Positions 1 to 12,806 of a DNA stretch of 64,000 nt are shown one piece after another. Position 1 is the stretch's first letter. Each line of letters begins with the position of its first letter. This DNA is from Amoebophrya sp. A120 (lineage: Eukaryota > Protista > Dinoflagellata), in contig CAJINV010000005.1 in the NCBI GenBank assembly GCA_905178155.1, positions 1,514,438 through 1,578,437 of the forward strand, written 5' to 3'. A program made the position numbers and the translations under genes. Under the pieces are notes generated by a model. That model worked only from the letters and a program-made list of their open reading frames with translations. It made no database searches and had not been told where the DNA came from.

Positions 1-1085
1 CAGAGGGGCCGATCACTTGGCGGGACCCTGAAGTGTGAGGGTAGCAGCTCGTGGATGCTGCATCTCAAAAATTTCCGTTCTTCATTTTCTATTCGAGGAT
101 TTTTCGAGCCACAATTCCAACAAATGGTTGCACACAAAAACATTAGTTGTTCAAAATCAATACCCAAAACCAGCTCCTTTTCCGGCACCAGTGCGCATTT
201 CGGTGGATCGCCCTCTTTGTCCGGTTTACAGGCGTTCCAGTCGATAATGTGATCTTGCCAGGAGTAGCACGCGTCGCACGGGATTGCGTCTTTCCCCGGG
301 AAGGTCTTCGGTTCGCACAGGATCGGTAGCTTTGCCTGCCTGCTTGCGGTGCTCGCATACTTCGAACGGATGGACATCTGCACGCCGGCGTACGGGCACC
401 CGACCTCAAACCACGTATCTATCCCTCCCCCGCCGGCGGCGAAACTTGGATCGGAAGAGAGAGCTGCGACCCTATCCGGCTTTCCCCAGAAGCTCCAGTA
501 GCTGTCCGTGATCGCGCGCTCAGCGTTTTCCCCGGTGTGGTGCGCCCCAAAATGTTTGACGGAAGAGACACAAACCAGATTCCCTGGCTTCGTGTACGCC
601 TGCGCGGGAGGCGGTGGCGGTTCGGCTTTGTCTGGAGGTGGGGGAGCAGGAGCACCAGCGGGAGGTGCATTTTCTTGTTGTCCTGCGGCTGGTGCCGCGG
701 CCTGTTGTTCAGCAGGGTTCGTCTCTGGCGTCTGCTCAGGAGTTTGTTCTGGCGGAGGAGTGGTGGCAGCTTCTTTTGCAGCCCCTTCCCCATCACCTCC
801 TTCACTCTGTTGGTGCTCGTTGTGCTCCTCCGCTGCATGATCCGCCTCCTCCTGCTCGTCTTCCTCCTCTTCCGGTGCGACGGGACTCACTAGCTCGGAC
901 AGTTCGTCGGTGTTTTTCACTTTCTTCGGCCACGAGTGCAGCTCGTCGGAGGAAATGGCGAATTTTCGGGGACCGCCCGATTTGTCCGTTGCCGGCTCGT
1001 CCAAATCTAGTTTCTCCCAGTCCGGCTCCTGCTCGGGTTTCCGCAGAAGCCCGAAACAGGTGGTTACGTCGAAATGGAATTTCAT
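1..1085 (-). CDS. Hypothetical protein, runs off the window's left edge; acidic/Pro-rich middle, Cys/Trp-containing C-terminal part
   Basis: Minus frame open from ATG at 1085 (MKFHFDVTTCFGLLRKPEQEPDWEKLDL...EEEEDEQEEAD...PPPAQAY...CDACYSWQDH) to base 1 with no stop, so it is missing from the ORF track. The true start may lie in an upstream exon. Confidence 0.6.
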   Translation of the reverse strand, partial: MKFHFDVTTCFGLLRKPEQEPDWEKLDLDEPATDKSGGPRKFAISSDELHSWPKKVKNTDELSELVSPVAPEEEEDEQEEADHAAEEHNEHQQSEGGDGEGAAKEAATTPPPEQTPEQTPETNPAEQQAAAPAAGQQENAPPAGAPAPPPPDKAEPPPPPAQAYTKPGNLVCVSSVKHFGAHHTGENAERAITDSYWSFWGKPDRVAALSSDPSFAAGGGGIDTWFEVGCPYAGVQMSIRSKYASTASRQAKLPILCEPKTFPGKDAIPCDACYSWQDHIIDWNACKPDKEGDPPKCALVPEKELVLGIDFEQLMFLCATICWNCGSKNPRIENEERKFLRCSIHELLPSHFRVPPSDRPL

Positions 1086-1383
1086 AATTGTGTGGTGCGC
1101 GCCCGCGCCGCCCGGAGGGGTGTATCTATTACTACGGTATCTTCTACTTCAAAAGTAATCACGCCCTCGACGTTTGTTATACACAAGTATCGCTACACGA
1201 CTTGCGCCCCTCCAGAAAGTGAATGTACGATAATTCAAGTTTTGGACATCGACGCTGCTTCATTCGCTTGTAACAACCAATGCTTCACTCGCTTGCAACA
1301 GCCAGTAGCTTGTACCAAAATGGTCACGAAGATGGGCCGCGAATACTCAATGTAAACGACGGCGGATCACAACTCGTCTCCGG

Positions 1384-1404
1384 CTCTCTCTCTCTCTCTC
1401 TCTC
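1384..1404. repeat. (CT)n microsatellite
   Basis: ctctctctctctctctctctc. Confidence 0.9.
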
Positions 1405-1939
1405 GCAAAATCAGAGACACACTCACAAGTTCGCGTTCGCGACGCGTCTCTTTTCTCATCAAAATAGAAAGGCGGATCTGATCACTGACGCAGCTGCTCT
1501 TTCTCCTGATTAGTAGAAAGGTGGATCTGCGCGACTCTCATGCAGAGATCACAATCCAGAGGAACTTAATTCAATCGAAAGCATCATCTTTGTTTACTAG
1601 GAAGGAAGCACAACAGGCCTCAACATTTGGGTTTACTCTAGGACGAAGGATTAGAAAACCAGACAGCAAACCCACATGGGCTCCGTTGTCATAGGTGCAA
1701 CCAGGAGCACCTCGTCGGCCGACGAAGTCTGAAAGCTGGCGGCGGCGGGAATGTGGCAGACTGCTGCCGCCATCACTAAACCCAGGCGCCACACACGCAG
1801 GGGCTCAACTGGCCATCGATACAAAACACAATCAGGCTCAGGGCCCCAAAATGTTCCTGCGCCCGCGCATACTGAGGAAGGCCTAGTTCTCCCAATGGTT
1901 GGCCCTGCCTCCTGTCTGAACCAACGAAGACGGCCAATA

Positions 1940-2740
1940 ATGGCCCCCCCGGCCCCGTCTCTGCTGGGGGCTTGCCCTCCCTCGCGAAACAGGGCCGGCG
2001 GGCATTAATACGCCCGGGCCGCCCGCCCTGGCTTCGGATGGGGCGGCCCCGGTGGCAGGCCCATGCCACCGGCCCCTGGCTGCCTGTCGGGCCGCGGCCC
2101 CACCCTCCGCCCTGGCGAGGCAAATGGGAACAGGACGCCCATCGCTGCCTGCGACTTCAGGTCGTTCCATTCGTGCTTGGAAGGGGCCTCGGCGGCGCTG
2201 CCATATCTCTATCCGCATCAACGGGCACGGCGCCGGGGCCGTTCTCCACGCACACCGGCGCGCGGACCGGGCTCCGGCTTTTGCGAAATTCCAAGCCCCT
2301 GCAAGATTTGCGCCGGCTCTGCTCGGTTGCCGCAAGCACCTCGCGCCCCATTTTTGCGCACTCCCCTCCCGCCATGGGCAGGCACTTCGGGTCGACGCTT
2401 TCGCCGGTAGACGCGGCGCCGTTTGTGCGTTGCTGGTTCGAACCGCGGAACCGACAGACGCGAACCGCCCAGACGCGGGAATTTCTGCAACGGACTGGGG
2501 CGACACGGCGGACGCCCGCGGGCGCGCCCCTGGCAGCCTTGTTGGGAATAGCAACGCACTGCGCAGGGCAGCCGGATAAAAACGCCAAAGCCCAACGCTT
2601 GCGGCCGCTGGCCGATGAAAACATCCGCAGACGTCGACGAAACTCGAAAACCGCTCGCGCAATGAAATCAATGGAAGGCGAAAGATGAAGGCGGAGGGGC
2701 CCGCGCCGCCCCCCCCCCCGACGCGCTCCCAATCGCGGCA
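1940..2740. other. GC-rich intergenic block, possible interspersed repeat or mobile-element remnant
   Basis: Abrupt GC-rich segment with C/G runs and overlapping Arg/Gly/Ala/Pro ORFs in several frames; no termini identified. Confidence 0.3.
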
Positions 2741-3039
2741 ACGATCCGGATCCAGCTCTCCTTCTCGGTCACAAAATTACAATGTCAGTTTAACACTCGC
2801 AACGCCACTTCTCAGGAGGTACCAGGCCCACTCTCTTCTCAAATGAAGAACGAGATAGATGAAGCAGGACGAGCTACTCACTCCAGTGAACAAGAACACC
2901 GAAAGAAGTCAAGTTGTCAATATCTTCGCCGATTTGATGTCCATCTCTGGTGTTGTCGAGCTTTTGCTTTTGGCAAAGCTCTGACTACAGGAGCATGATG
3001 AGGAGCAAAACTTGTGTACTGGCTTTGCTCCAGAAACAC

Positions 3040-5790
3040 TCAGTCCTCTTGCGCTGAATCAAATTCATGCAATTCGACGTCGTCTGCAGTTGCTGACGTA
3101 ACACCTGGAGGGGTATTCGGATTCTTACTGGGCACTTCCAACTTGTAGAAAACCGTTGTCCCATCGCGCTTTTTCCTCAACACTAGAACAGAACTCGTTG
3201 TAGATGAGTTTTGCGGTGTGCTGCCAACTCCTGTCGTCGACGAAGAAATCAACCTCGGAAAAACCTTCGCTGTCGCCCTCGGGAGTACGTCAAGATGCTG
3301 CCCTAAGTCTACCTTTTGCAGATCTTGCGATCCTCCTGCAACACAACCGCCTCCACCTGCCCGAGCTCCAGCTGCACCTCTCACCGGCATCAAATTCCAG
3401 GCGCGTAACCGCTGCAGCGTTTGCAAGTGCCACACTTCGAGCAAGCCTCGTCGAGTCGCCAAGATCGCCAAGTACGTGTCTGACACAAACGCAACCTGCG
3501 CGTCACGGTACCCTCGCCACAAGTGCAGACACCGCAAGGAATCGATGCAGTACAAACCAACGCGTCCGAGGTTGTCCGCAATCGCGAGGTATTTGCGTCG
3601 GGGATCTGCGGCACAAGCGATCGCGTGGCGCCCACCGTCTTCGAGCTGTGCGGACGCGGAGAGACAAAATTCTTCAACTTTTTCGGTAAATTGAATTTCC
3701 GTGGAACGACGATAGCCTGCAGAAACGCGATCTCGTGCAGATTCTTTGAGCGGGTTGAACCTGCGGAATATTTTTTTTATTTTCTTATCATGTTGTGGCT
3801 TTTGTTCAATATGCACGAAAAAAAAAACTTTGTTTGGGAAAAAGTTACTGCAGCTGTTTTTCTTTAAAACATGCCAAAAGTGCTACTTTGCGTGAATGCT
3901 GCGAAAGGTGGAAGTTCTGCGGTCTAGCATACCCCCGCGGTTCGAATCAATTCTGCATGGTATACTCGACGTACCAAAAAAAAAAAATGTTTTCCCAGAT
4001 TTTCAAATTTTTTATTTCTTTTTTAAAGTGCTCAAACTTTTCTACCTCACTCCCGGACTTTTCGCTGCCGTCGTGGTTCCGGCGAACCTGCCCATGAAAA
4101 AATCAACGGCTGATCCGACGAGCGCGCTGACGCTCGGCGCGTTTTTCGGGTCGTTGTACATGTTGTCGCACTTTGCAATCATTGGGTTTCTCCCAACAGC
4201 CAACACTTGGTTTCGGTCGTGCTGCTTGAGCAAATTTTTCTGGTACAGCTGCTGCCTCGCCGTAGCTGCGGTGGAAGACGAAGACTTCACCGTTTGTCCA
4301 GCCTGCGCGAACGCTGAGGGAAGGTTTGATCTGGAAGATGTCCCGCCGTGGTTCTCTCGTCCAGCACTTCTACCAGAGAGTTGTGACGTCCGCGGAGACG
4401 TCGAGCCACCAGTTCTCGTCGACATAATCAACTCTTCCTCTTCCGCACTTGCCGCTAGTTCCAAGCCCCTCCGCAAGTCCGAAACGTAGAGGTTGCCACC
4501 CGAACCGCCTCCGCCGTTGAAGAACGCCAGATCGGTCGGGGAGAACTCTTTCACCATGTTCCGACGGAAAAAAAGCGTCGTCGCGAGCTGAAACTCGATC
4601 GGGAACTCCAAAAGCTCCGCGCGGAAGTTCGCCGACTCCGGGACCGGAAACGTTTTCGCCACCGCTTGCCGGATACAGGCGAAGGGCACCCGGGCGACAA
4701 AACTGCGGTCCTGGTCGGCGAGTTCGGAAGATGGGTCGTGCGGATACGGCGTTTTTGAAGATGATGTTCCTTCTGCGTTCTTTTCAGTTGAGCTACCTGC
4801 TGCTTGTTGACCGAAGTTTTTCACGGTGGTGACACCGGCTTTCTTCACTACCGCGGTTCCCGGGGCTGGTCTGGTTGAAGAGAAAGCTGGTGTTGCACCT
4901 CCGTCGGAGGACCCAGTGCCGCGTGGCCTTGGTGGGTCGAATAACGGGTTTGAACTTTTTGGCCCGCTGTTGGTTCTCGAAAACCTGCCTTGTTCGATTT
5001 GCTCTTTGTTGCTTGTTCCGTCGATCGTAATTGCTGAACTACCTCCAGGAGCGCCACTGCCGTCACCAGTAGGTGATGAAGATGGAGATGAACTTGTTGC
5101 TGCAGCTGCTTTTATCGTCGCTTGCTGTGCCGCAGCGTGCCATTTTCGCAGGTTGGAGGAAAGCGTTTGCGTGTCGATATGGTTGTGCACAATCCAGAAC
5201 AAAGCGTCTTCTTCTTCATCGGTGGTCTTATGCGACGCCGATGCCGAACCCGCAGCAGATGCCGCACTCGCGGTGCCTGAACCGCCGCTTTTATCCAACT
5301 CCACGACCCCTGTGAAGCCAAAGCTGGAGATCACAAATCCCGGCTTTAGGCTGAACGCCAGGATACACTCGAGGTTTTCAGTGTGAAAAAGCGAAACCCC
5401 ACCGTGCGAGAAACCGGCAGCGAGTAGGAGGTCGGATTTTTGCGCGGTGTTATACCCGGGGACAAACTCGAGCGCTGTGAGAAGGCAAATGGTTGTGTCG
5501 GACACCTTCAATCTGGTGCTATTTGACGTGGTCGCACCCGCGTCGCCTGTCGGACTCGAAGACGTACTAATGCTGGTGTTGGGTGCATTTGAGGATTTAT
5601 TACAACTGCCACCAGGTCCTCCACCTCCTGTGTATTCCAATCTTTTCCCATCCTTGTAGACATCGAGGAACGCTCCACTCTCCCGGTTTTCGCCACACGC
5701 GAAGTAGTGCGCGCCATTGACCCAAGCAGACCGGACGATGTCATAACTATTGTCTTCCGTTTCAAAGCGGTGCGGAAAAGCGGAAAGCAT
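3040..5790 (-). CDS. RAB3GAP2: Rab3 GTPase-activating protein non-catalytic subunit N-terminal-like protein (~821 aa; GT-AG intron 3761-4045)
   Basis: Exon 2 has the characteristic RAB3GAP2_N motifs ADNLGRV...HLWRGYRDAQ...LAILATRRGLLEVW. Splicing AG|GTAGA...CCGCAG|G gives GVR/FNPL; CDS 2466 nt, divisible by 3. Start codon uncertain (5790 ATG vs 5865 TTG). Confidence 0.8.
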
Positions 5791-6252
5791 AATTTGAGGC
5801 ACGATATTAGGTAGGGTAGGAAGAACGTGGAATGAAGGACAATCAAAACACAAAACCTCAATCAAATATTCAAATCTTAAGTTCTAGTTCTTCGTGGTCA
5901 GAACTCGCCGCCAGCGGCCTGCTAGTATTGTAGAATAGGTCGCGCCGTCTCCGTCAGCGTCACAAAAACTTCTTACCGAAGTAGCGATGGATCTTTTTCC
6001 TCACCTTGACCCTCGTCCTGCGAGCAGGAGGAAGATAAAGGAAGACAACCAAATCAAAAAGTCAGATCGAATCAAATCTCGTTCGATCGATCACATTTGT
6101 TCGTTTTTTCCGTTTATGAGGGTCTAGTATGCGGCGAAAAAAAGTTGCCTCTACTTCTGTAGCAATCGCCATGAACAACACCAGCCACCCCTCGTCTTTA
6201 GTCTTGTCGATAAGCCGTCCTGTCCATGATGAAACATGCACAGAGACTGCTT

Positions 6253-8260
6253 TTACAGTTTTACCCTTGATGCGCTATCTGTCAAAGTCCACGGACGACA
6301 GTGAGCGAGAACCATGATCATGGTGAGCATTAGCATTTCTACTGCGGCGAGCGCGGACCTTTCGCTGCTTGGTGTTCTACTCCGTGCTGCAGCTCTTGAT
6401 GAAGGCCCGACGCACTCCGCTTCCCCACCGGCTTGCCTCGACGAGCAAAGCTGTGCAGCCACTCCGGCCGGCGTGTTCATGTTAGCTGCCTGCTCTTCCG
6501 TCACGCATAAAGCGGTCACCGCACCAACAGCCGTGCTGCTCACATGCCGGAGCGGGTACCACGTGCAAATTTTGATCATGGCGATGCGAGCAGTGTCGTT
6601 GTCTGAAGGCGGGTTTACGTCGTAGCTGGTGCTGGTACACGCGACTTCTCCCTCGCTCGTCCTCTGGCTACAGATCGCGGCTTCTTGCACTGCAGAGCTG
6701 TGCTCCATATCTTGCTTTTGTTGCTGCGTGAGACACAGAGGCACCGTGGAAGTAGGCACAGCGATAGTGTACAAGACACAAGTTGTTGCATTGATTTCTG
6801 TTGCACCAGTAACGGGGCTCGCGACGGTCGTTGTCTCACACGCCGTTTTATGGATTGTAAAAATGTCGGGGTCTGGAAGAATGCTAGACTTGTCATGCAG
6901 GTTTTCCATGACCCATGGGATCTGATATGTAGGACATAGCATGACAGACTCTGTGAGAGTTCTATCATGCCTATCCTGCATGAGAAACTGCCTCTCGATT
7001 AGGTCAAAAGTGGACAGTTTTTGGTAATCATTCGCTCGTTGTGGATCGGCTCTGCCGACCGGGTAACCCAACGCCTTGCATACAAATGACCGACTTAGGC
7101 GAACCCCGTTGCGGGACATACAAACTGGCCGCACGGAAGGGCCCTAAGCGCTACATGCATAGTTCACCCTAAGCGCCTACCACTTCGGTCTGGGACCTCG
7201 TCTACCTGATCCTGGGGGTCCACAGCGCACTAGCCCTCTGCTAGCATAAACAGATTGGGTTCTACGAACTGATCTAGCTCCATCCTTTTAACAGTAAGGC
7301 CATCATAAGCGCGCGCTAAAAAGGGTTCGGGGCGCTCCGTACGGAAGGGGGCCTTTCGACGCGGCGCGCACTCCCCTGTAGAGATTTACGCGGAACACGG
7401 ATGGGCCGCGCACGCAACTCAGTCGAGGAGGACACACGCTATCCCCAATAACAGAGGCGGTAGTCCCTCACGGCGGCTGGCCTGTCTGAAAACTGTAAAC
7501 CCCACCGCCCATCTCCCCGGTTCGTCAATGACTCGGGCAAGCCATGTTACTCAGACTCCCCGCACATGCAAATATGGGCCGGCTGGGGGGGTTCAAAAAG
7601 AGCACCAGCTGCGGATGATCTAAGTGTAAAACAAAAAGCCATATTCTTCAGCTGTGCTGTTTATCTATCACTAGGTTGATGGCCTTCTGTTCTTTGTCCA
7701 GATTTTTACATGATTCAGATTTAGCATGACAAGTTGCTTTGTTCCAGACCCAGACACTTTTGCATTTGATACGTTTGTCCATTCCCTGTTTGACCTGAAC
7801 AAACCGCCGCTGCTTTTGCTTCCGGGGTATTCATATCAACTGTAAAAATGTCTGGGTCTGGAAGAATCCAACTTGTCATGCTGATTTTTGATTCTAAAAA
7901 AATCTGTATTGCATGAGGAGCAGCAAAGAGAGTCCAAGTTTTGCTACACGGAAAGAGCAATTGTCATGCGGTATAGGCATCAAGAAGCCCTCACAAAATC
8001 TGTGATGCTAGGGCATGCATCACAGACATCAGGAGTCATGCAAAACGTGCATGACAAACCTGGAAATCTTCCAGACCCCGACATTTTCACATTTCATAAT
8101 TCAGGCTGGTGACCTGGCCCGGAGTGACACACAGCGGAATGGTGCTGGACTCGCCTGTGTACCAAACGCAGGAGGGAGTGGAGGCGAGGATCACGTTGGC
8201 TTGTTGAGGATAAAGGAGAACCAAGATGAAGATGAAGAAGAAGCAGGAGCAGGTGATCAT
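6253..8260 (-). CDS. Small secreted / putatively GPI-anchored Cys-repeat surface protein (~269 aa), interrupted by two introners
   Basis: N-terminal hydrophobic MITCSCFFFIFILVLLYPQQA; three repeats of C-x-[WL]-Y...[PA]LC[VL]T...AA..CS; hydrophobic C-terminus ALAAVEMLMLTMIMVLA. Removing 7834-8098 and 6849-7771 (+5 bp each) gives 810 nt in frame (VTSL/NTPEAK, NGQT/ACETT). Confidence 0.75.
6849..7771. mobile_element. Introner family A (inverted relative to the 21075 copy) carrying a ~667-bp internal insertion (7032-7698)
   Basis: Ends tatggattgtaaaaatgtcggggtctggaa / ttccagacccagacacttttgcatttgata; TSD cgttt at 6844-6848 and 7772-7776. Confidence 0.85.
7834..8098. mobile_element. Introner family A
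   Basis: TIR tatcaactgtaaaaatgtctgggtctggaaga / tcttccagaccccgacattttcacatttcata; TSD attca. Confidence 0.9.
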
Positions 8261-9091
8261 TTTTCTGGGACGAGATCTATATCCTCGTCGCGTTACAAGA
8301 CGTGCATCGTCGCACTGCAGCTCCTTTCGTTCATGCCATTCTACTGCCGCGACGGCTGCAGCTGCATGACCGAGCCGAGTTTGGTTTACGACTTGATTGC
8401 CCGTGTTGAACACGCTAGGGTCTACTTCGCTGACAGTCATGGGAGGTTGTGCTTCGACACGCCTCCAATATACAATCGCCCAAAGTTCGTGACGATTGGT
8501 GTGTCAACAGTGAGGCAGCGTGGATGATCCACCTTGCTCGTGATCTTGTGTTCGTGCTTTAGCCCAAAATAGAAACAGTTTTACGATGGTGCATCCTTGC
8601 AGACGCTTCTGTTTCGACTCGGCGTGTTTTTGAAAAATCTTATTGTACATGACCATGCTGATGCTCGATTGCTACCGCTTGATAAAACCTGAGAGCCTGC
8701 TGAAAGGACTCCATCATATTCGTATACATTTTTCATCTGTGGCGTCTGAAACACAACTTGAATTTCATCATCAATCAATTACTTACAGGTACATGAAGAT
8801 TCGGAAACAAACGTGTAAACCTAGAATGAACGGCATCAAAATCACAAGCTGTGATTTTCATTTTTGGTTTTGCGTATAGATTTTTCAATAAACAATAATA
8901 ATTGCGAATCAATGTCAAAAACAAAATATGGTAAAATTTGTGCTTTTCAACTTCAAATGAACCTTGATTATCGAAAAACTTTTATACAAACCTGTATTGC
9001 ACCAGAGCAGGCCGCAGCTGAATATTGCATTTGCAACTCCACAGGAGTAACGAACAGCCTCTTCTTCTTTCTCTTCTACCGCGCAAGGCCT

Positions 9092-10987
9092 TTACGCATC
9101 CTCCGGGTCGTAGTCTTTGAATCGCGGCGCAGAGCCGAACTTCGTCCCGCCCGGCATTTTCATCGTGGGGTGATCGAACGTCGTGGTGGCGGGGACTGGG
9201 TACGTACCCGGTCCGGGGATCGCGTCCGTCGTCTGCCCTGGCATCTGCATCATCTTGCACGTACGGGCCCGCATGGTCCAACTGTCAAAGTATTTGTGTT
9301 GCTTGGTCAGTGTGAAGATTGAAGGTCGATGCAAGAAACAAATGCATAAACAATTTTCAAGAAAACTGCAGGGCCGCCCTTTGTTCTACACAACACGACG
9401 CAATGTTCTCTCAGGAAAGAAAAAAACACAACGGAGGCAGTAGTACATTGGTGGCCTGTTCTTGTTAACGTCAGCATCCAGAACCGTCGCTCCGCCCTTG
9501 CACCAATTAGGATTGATATTACCGCCCATCTTTGGCTTTATGCGCATGGCTGTTGTAAAAGTGGGCGAAGTAGATTTGTGTACTTTTATTCGATGCATAG
9601 CACTGCAGACAATTCAAAAACTCTGCTTCCGAGGAATCAATCTGTCCTTCTGCTGCTGCAGACAGTCCCAATTTCAGAAAAGTAAAAGAAAAGCAATACA
9701 GAAAGTTGGTGGTCTTCCCGAGAGGATTTTGTAGAAGTCCTTGGTATCGTAGGAAGACGGACCCGGGGTCTTTGCGCTTGATGGGTTCGGGTCGAATCGC
9801 GGGGGACCTCATGAGGAAGTAGAAGGGCATTTTTTTATTTGCCTAACATATCACTTTCACTTTTTGCTTGCAGTTGCATTTTTCTGGTTTCATACGATAC
9901 TTACATCTGGAGTGCTGCATGACAGAGTGTCAACAACATACTCATGTTTTTATACCTTTCATCGTTGTCCTGCCTGGCATCGGCAGGGCTGGGTGATCGA
10001 ACGAGGTGGTGCTCGGCACTGGGTACGTCCCTGGCCCGGGAATGCTGTCGGTGGTTTGCTATCGCAAGAAAAAACTGTTTCACTGTGAACCTGTGATGCA
10101 GAGAACAAAACACCAAAGTGTTTGTCTTGCTACACCTGCAACACAATGGCTTTTTAAGCGTGTTTTCCCTTGGGAAACGCGCATGGCAAATTTTCTGTGT
10201 CATGTGTAACAAACTTGTGATACAGATCTTGCAAAACCATCACAGTGAAACAATTTTTTCGTGGGATATTTGCCCAGGCATCTGCATCAGTTTGCACGTC
10301 CGCATGCGGATGCTGTACTTCGGGTTTTCGTGCTTTGCCACGCCGATGTCAATGGGTCCGGAGGTGATGTTGTTTTCCGACATCTTGGTTCTTATCTGCG
10401 CACCGAAGGATATGGGGGTGTCAGGATTGAAATCAACAAAATCGAAATAACTTGTGATGCATAAAATCGATACCAGTTGGAGCCTCAGTTTCTAAGTGGC
10501 GCATGACAAATTTCGGCAGCACCAAAATCCAGTCTGTCATGCTGTTTGGGCAAAGAGCACTGCTTCTGTCATGCTACCCTGGAAGCACATCGTCTTCCCC
10601 TCAACAGGCTTGCAATCGGTCTCATTTGCCGCCTCCCCAAGACAAGCCATACGTGCCCTACATTTTATTTTCGATTTTGTCAATTGCGATTCTGACACTT
10701 CCATAAAGGAGACCTTCGCCCGCATCGTGAATTTTGGCGCGACATACTTGGCAGCGTCGAACCTGGAGAAGATGTTATTGTGTCTTTTGGAACCACTTGC
10801 AGGCGCTATGCAAATGCAATGTATGATGGACGACGATGAAGAGCTGCTAGTTTAGAATGTACTATCAATCACGCAACAAAAATGCCAATTACAAAAAGAA
10901 AAAAAAATTTTACGCCTTATCCATCTCCTTCATATCTGGAAGCTTCCTCTGCTTCTTCCGCTCCCGAGCCTGAAGCGTGGTCGGCAT
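9092..10987 (-). CDS. SHIPPO/PGP-repeat (ODF3-like) axonemal microtubule-associated protein (~255 aa)
   Basis: Repeats IPGPGTYPVP x2, TPGPSSYD, P-x-[FYW]-[ST]-[MI]-R and FGSAPRF. Model: GT-AG introns 10763-10913, 9808-9955, 9550-9699, 9282-9446 plus introners 10411-10705 and 10060-10268; CDS 768 nt in frame. Confidence 0.8.
10060..10268. mobile_element. Introner (singleton type in this window)
   Basis: tatcgcaagaaaaaactgtttcactgtga / tcacagtgaaacaattttttcgtgggata; TSD tttgc. Confidence 0.9.
10411..10705. mobile_element. Introner family C
   Basis: tatgggggtgtcaggattgaaatcaacaaaatcgaaata / tattttcgattttgtcaattgcgattctgacacttccata; TSD aagga; internal similarity to the 34191 and 55184 copies. 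Confidence 0.9.
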
Positions 10988-12806
10988 TTTCGGAGTTTTT
11001 TGGTTTTCAGAGTGGAAGATGGAAGAGATAGAGAAACAGATCGCACGAGGACCCTAGGTACTTAACTTTCCTCAAGGGCAGGTGAGTGCTGCGCACCAGT
11101 CACTTTATGCCAATACTATCTATGTAAGTATACCACCAGCTTCTGGGCGTACGTGGTGAAACAACACAAAAAAAAAAGGCTGCGCGATTTTTTTTGTCAA
11201 AGATACGACCTTTTGTGATATCAGAGTACTTTTGTGAGGCTGAGAGCTAATGTCCTACGATAACGATGATAACACTGCATCTGCATTACGAAAAAAACGA
11301 GTTGGGTTGTGGTGGATACCAATGCAAGGGTCAATTTTCGTGCTAACTCACGTAGCTTTCCTATGGCCTATCTTCCCGGGCCCTGTAGTAGTTTCACGAG
11401 TTGCAACTACTTTTCTTTTTGATGACAGTTTTTCCTTTTATTGCAAAGCCACACATGTTATTTCTGCAGGCTGCTCCTTTATGTCGCCTAATAAATTCCT
11501 GCTTTGTATTTCATTTTTTCCCCCACCCGGATGCAGATGATCATGAGTGCTTCGATTCGTCCCCCCAGAAATGTTGAGCTTGAGCATGACGCACGACCCA
11601 CAGGAAATAAGTATGCAAAAAAAGCGATCCTTGTGCTGCTGCACCGATGACAGATCTTGACCGATGAAGATTCAAATCTACGAAGGATCCTTCCTCCTGC
11701 GGGTTGTAGCTAAAAGAGCAGAAAAATGAACAAAAGACAAAGCTCAAGCGAGTTTTAGGCCAAGTAGAGCAGAGCTTCACCAGACCGGGACCGCTTCAAG
11801 TTCAACCAAAACCATGTTTTTTACTTTCTTTATTCCTTTGTGTACATTGATAGAAAATAATAAAGCTTGTATGGATTCTTACGAAGCATTAACACGATGC
11901 ATTTTGAAAATTTTCTTGGGCGGTGAACAAAAATCTTACAGGCGGACGATCACGATGCAAAAACTTCATATAAAATGAGGTCGAAGACGAAATATCCTTT
12001 AGAAAAATGCCGGTTCTCAAAATGAGACTCACATTCTTCAGGTTTTTGCTTTTCTCGGTTTCTTGCTCTAATGCCTAGGCAGACAGAAAAATCCTATGAT
12101 TGCTTGACTCTTTACGTTTCGGTCACTATTTTGCTTGTGCGATTGCTTGAAGATGAAAAAAAATCTCTTGCTGCATACTAACAAATGAAAATTTTTGAAA
12201 TGAAAATCCGTGGCATAGTAGTACTCAGGAAGCTGTAGGAGCTGTTTCATCTGCGAAGAAATTTTCTTTATCTTACAAATTATTCGAGATGAATCTGAAT
12301 CAGATTCAGGGCTGTAACTGAAAATCAACGGTGCTACTGCTACGGCAAGCAGTTTTTTGCAACACTTCCACTACTTGTATGAAAATCAAAATCAAAATCA
12401 AACGAGTTGTGCTTGGTCCTTTCTGCAAAAGGCAGAAAGGCCGGCGTTGAGTTGTTGTATCTACATCATGTTCGAGAAAAACAAAGCTTCTAGAACCTTT
12501 ATCAGGCTTCGGCTTGTGAGTTGTATTTCTGAAAAAAGTTTCACGGAAATTGTTATGGTACACATGTCCGGGTTTTCATCTGCTTGAATGGAATAGAAAA
12601 AAAATGAAATCGAAATTATGGCATTAATTTGTGTGAGCTGCCTGAAAATCAATTTGTCCTTGAAAATAAACGTCTGGTAATTTCTGAGCAGAAGTAGTAC
12701 ACCGTCACGAAGACCGTACCAGAATGTCGGTTTTGCTGTGAAAATTCTGGACAAAGGTTCTCGTGTAGCGCGCTTTCAGATGAAGTAGCAATTATGCTTT
12801 AGTCCT

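Noticed and set aside
1883-2741. 200-260-aa ORFs in the GC-rich block as genes
   Set aside because: Open in several frames because of high GC; no recognisable motifs.
3810-4040. Possible decayed introner inside the RAB3GAP2 GT-AG intron (tatgcacg + A-run)
   Set aside because: No matching ATA end or TSD could be identified.
11000-12790. Short ORFs in the AT-rich region between the giant gene and the SHIPPO gene
   Set aside because: No coherent exon chain or motif; treated as UTR/intergenic, though a small gene cannot be excluded.
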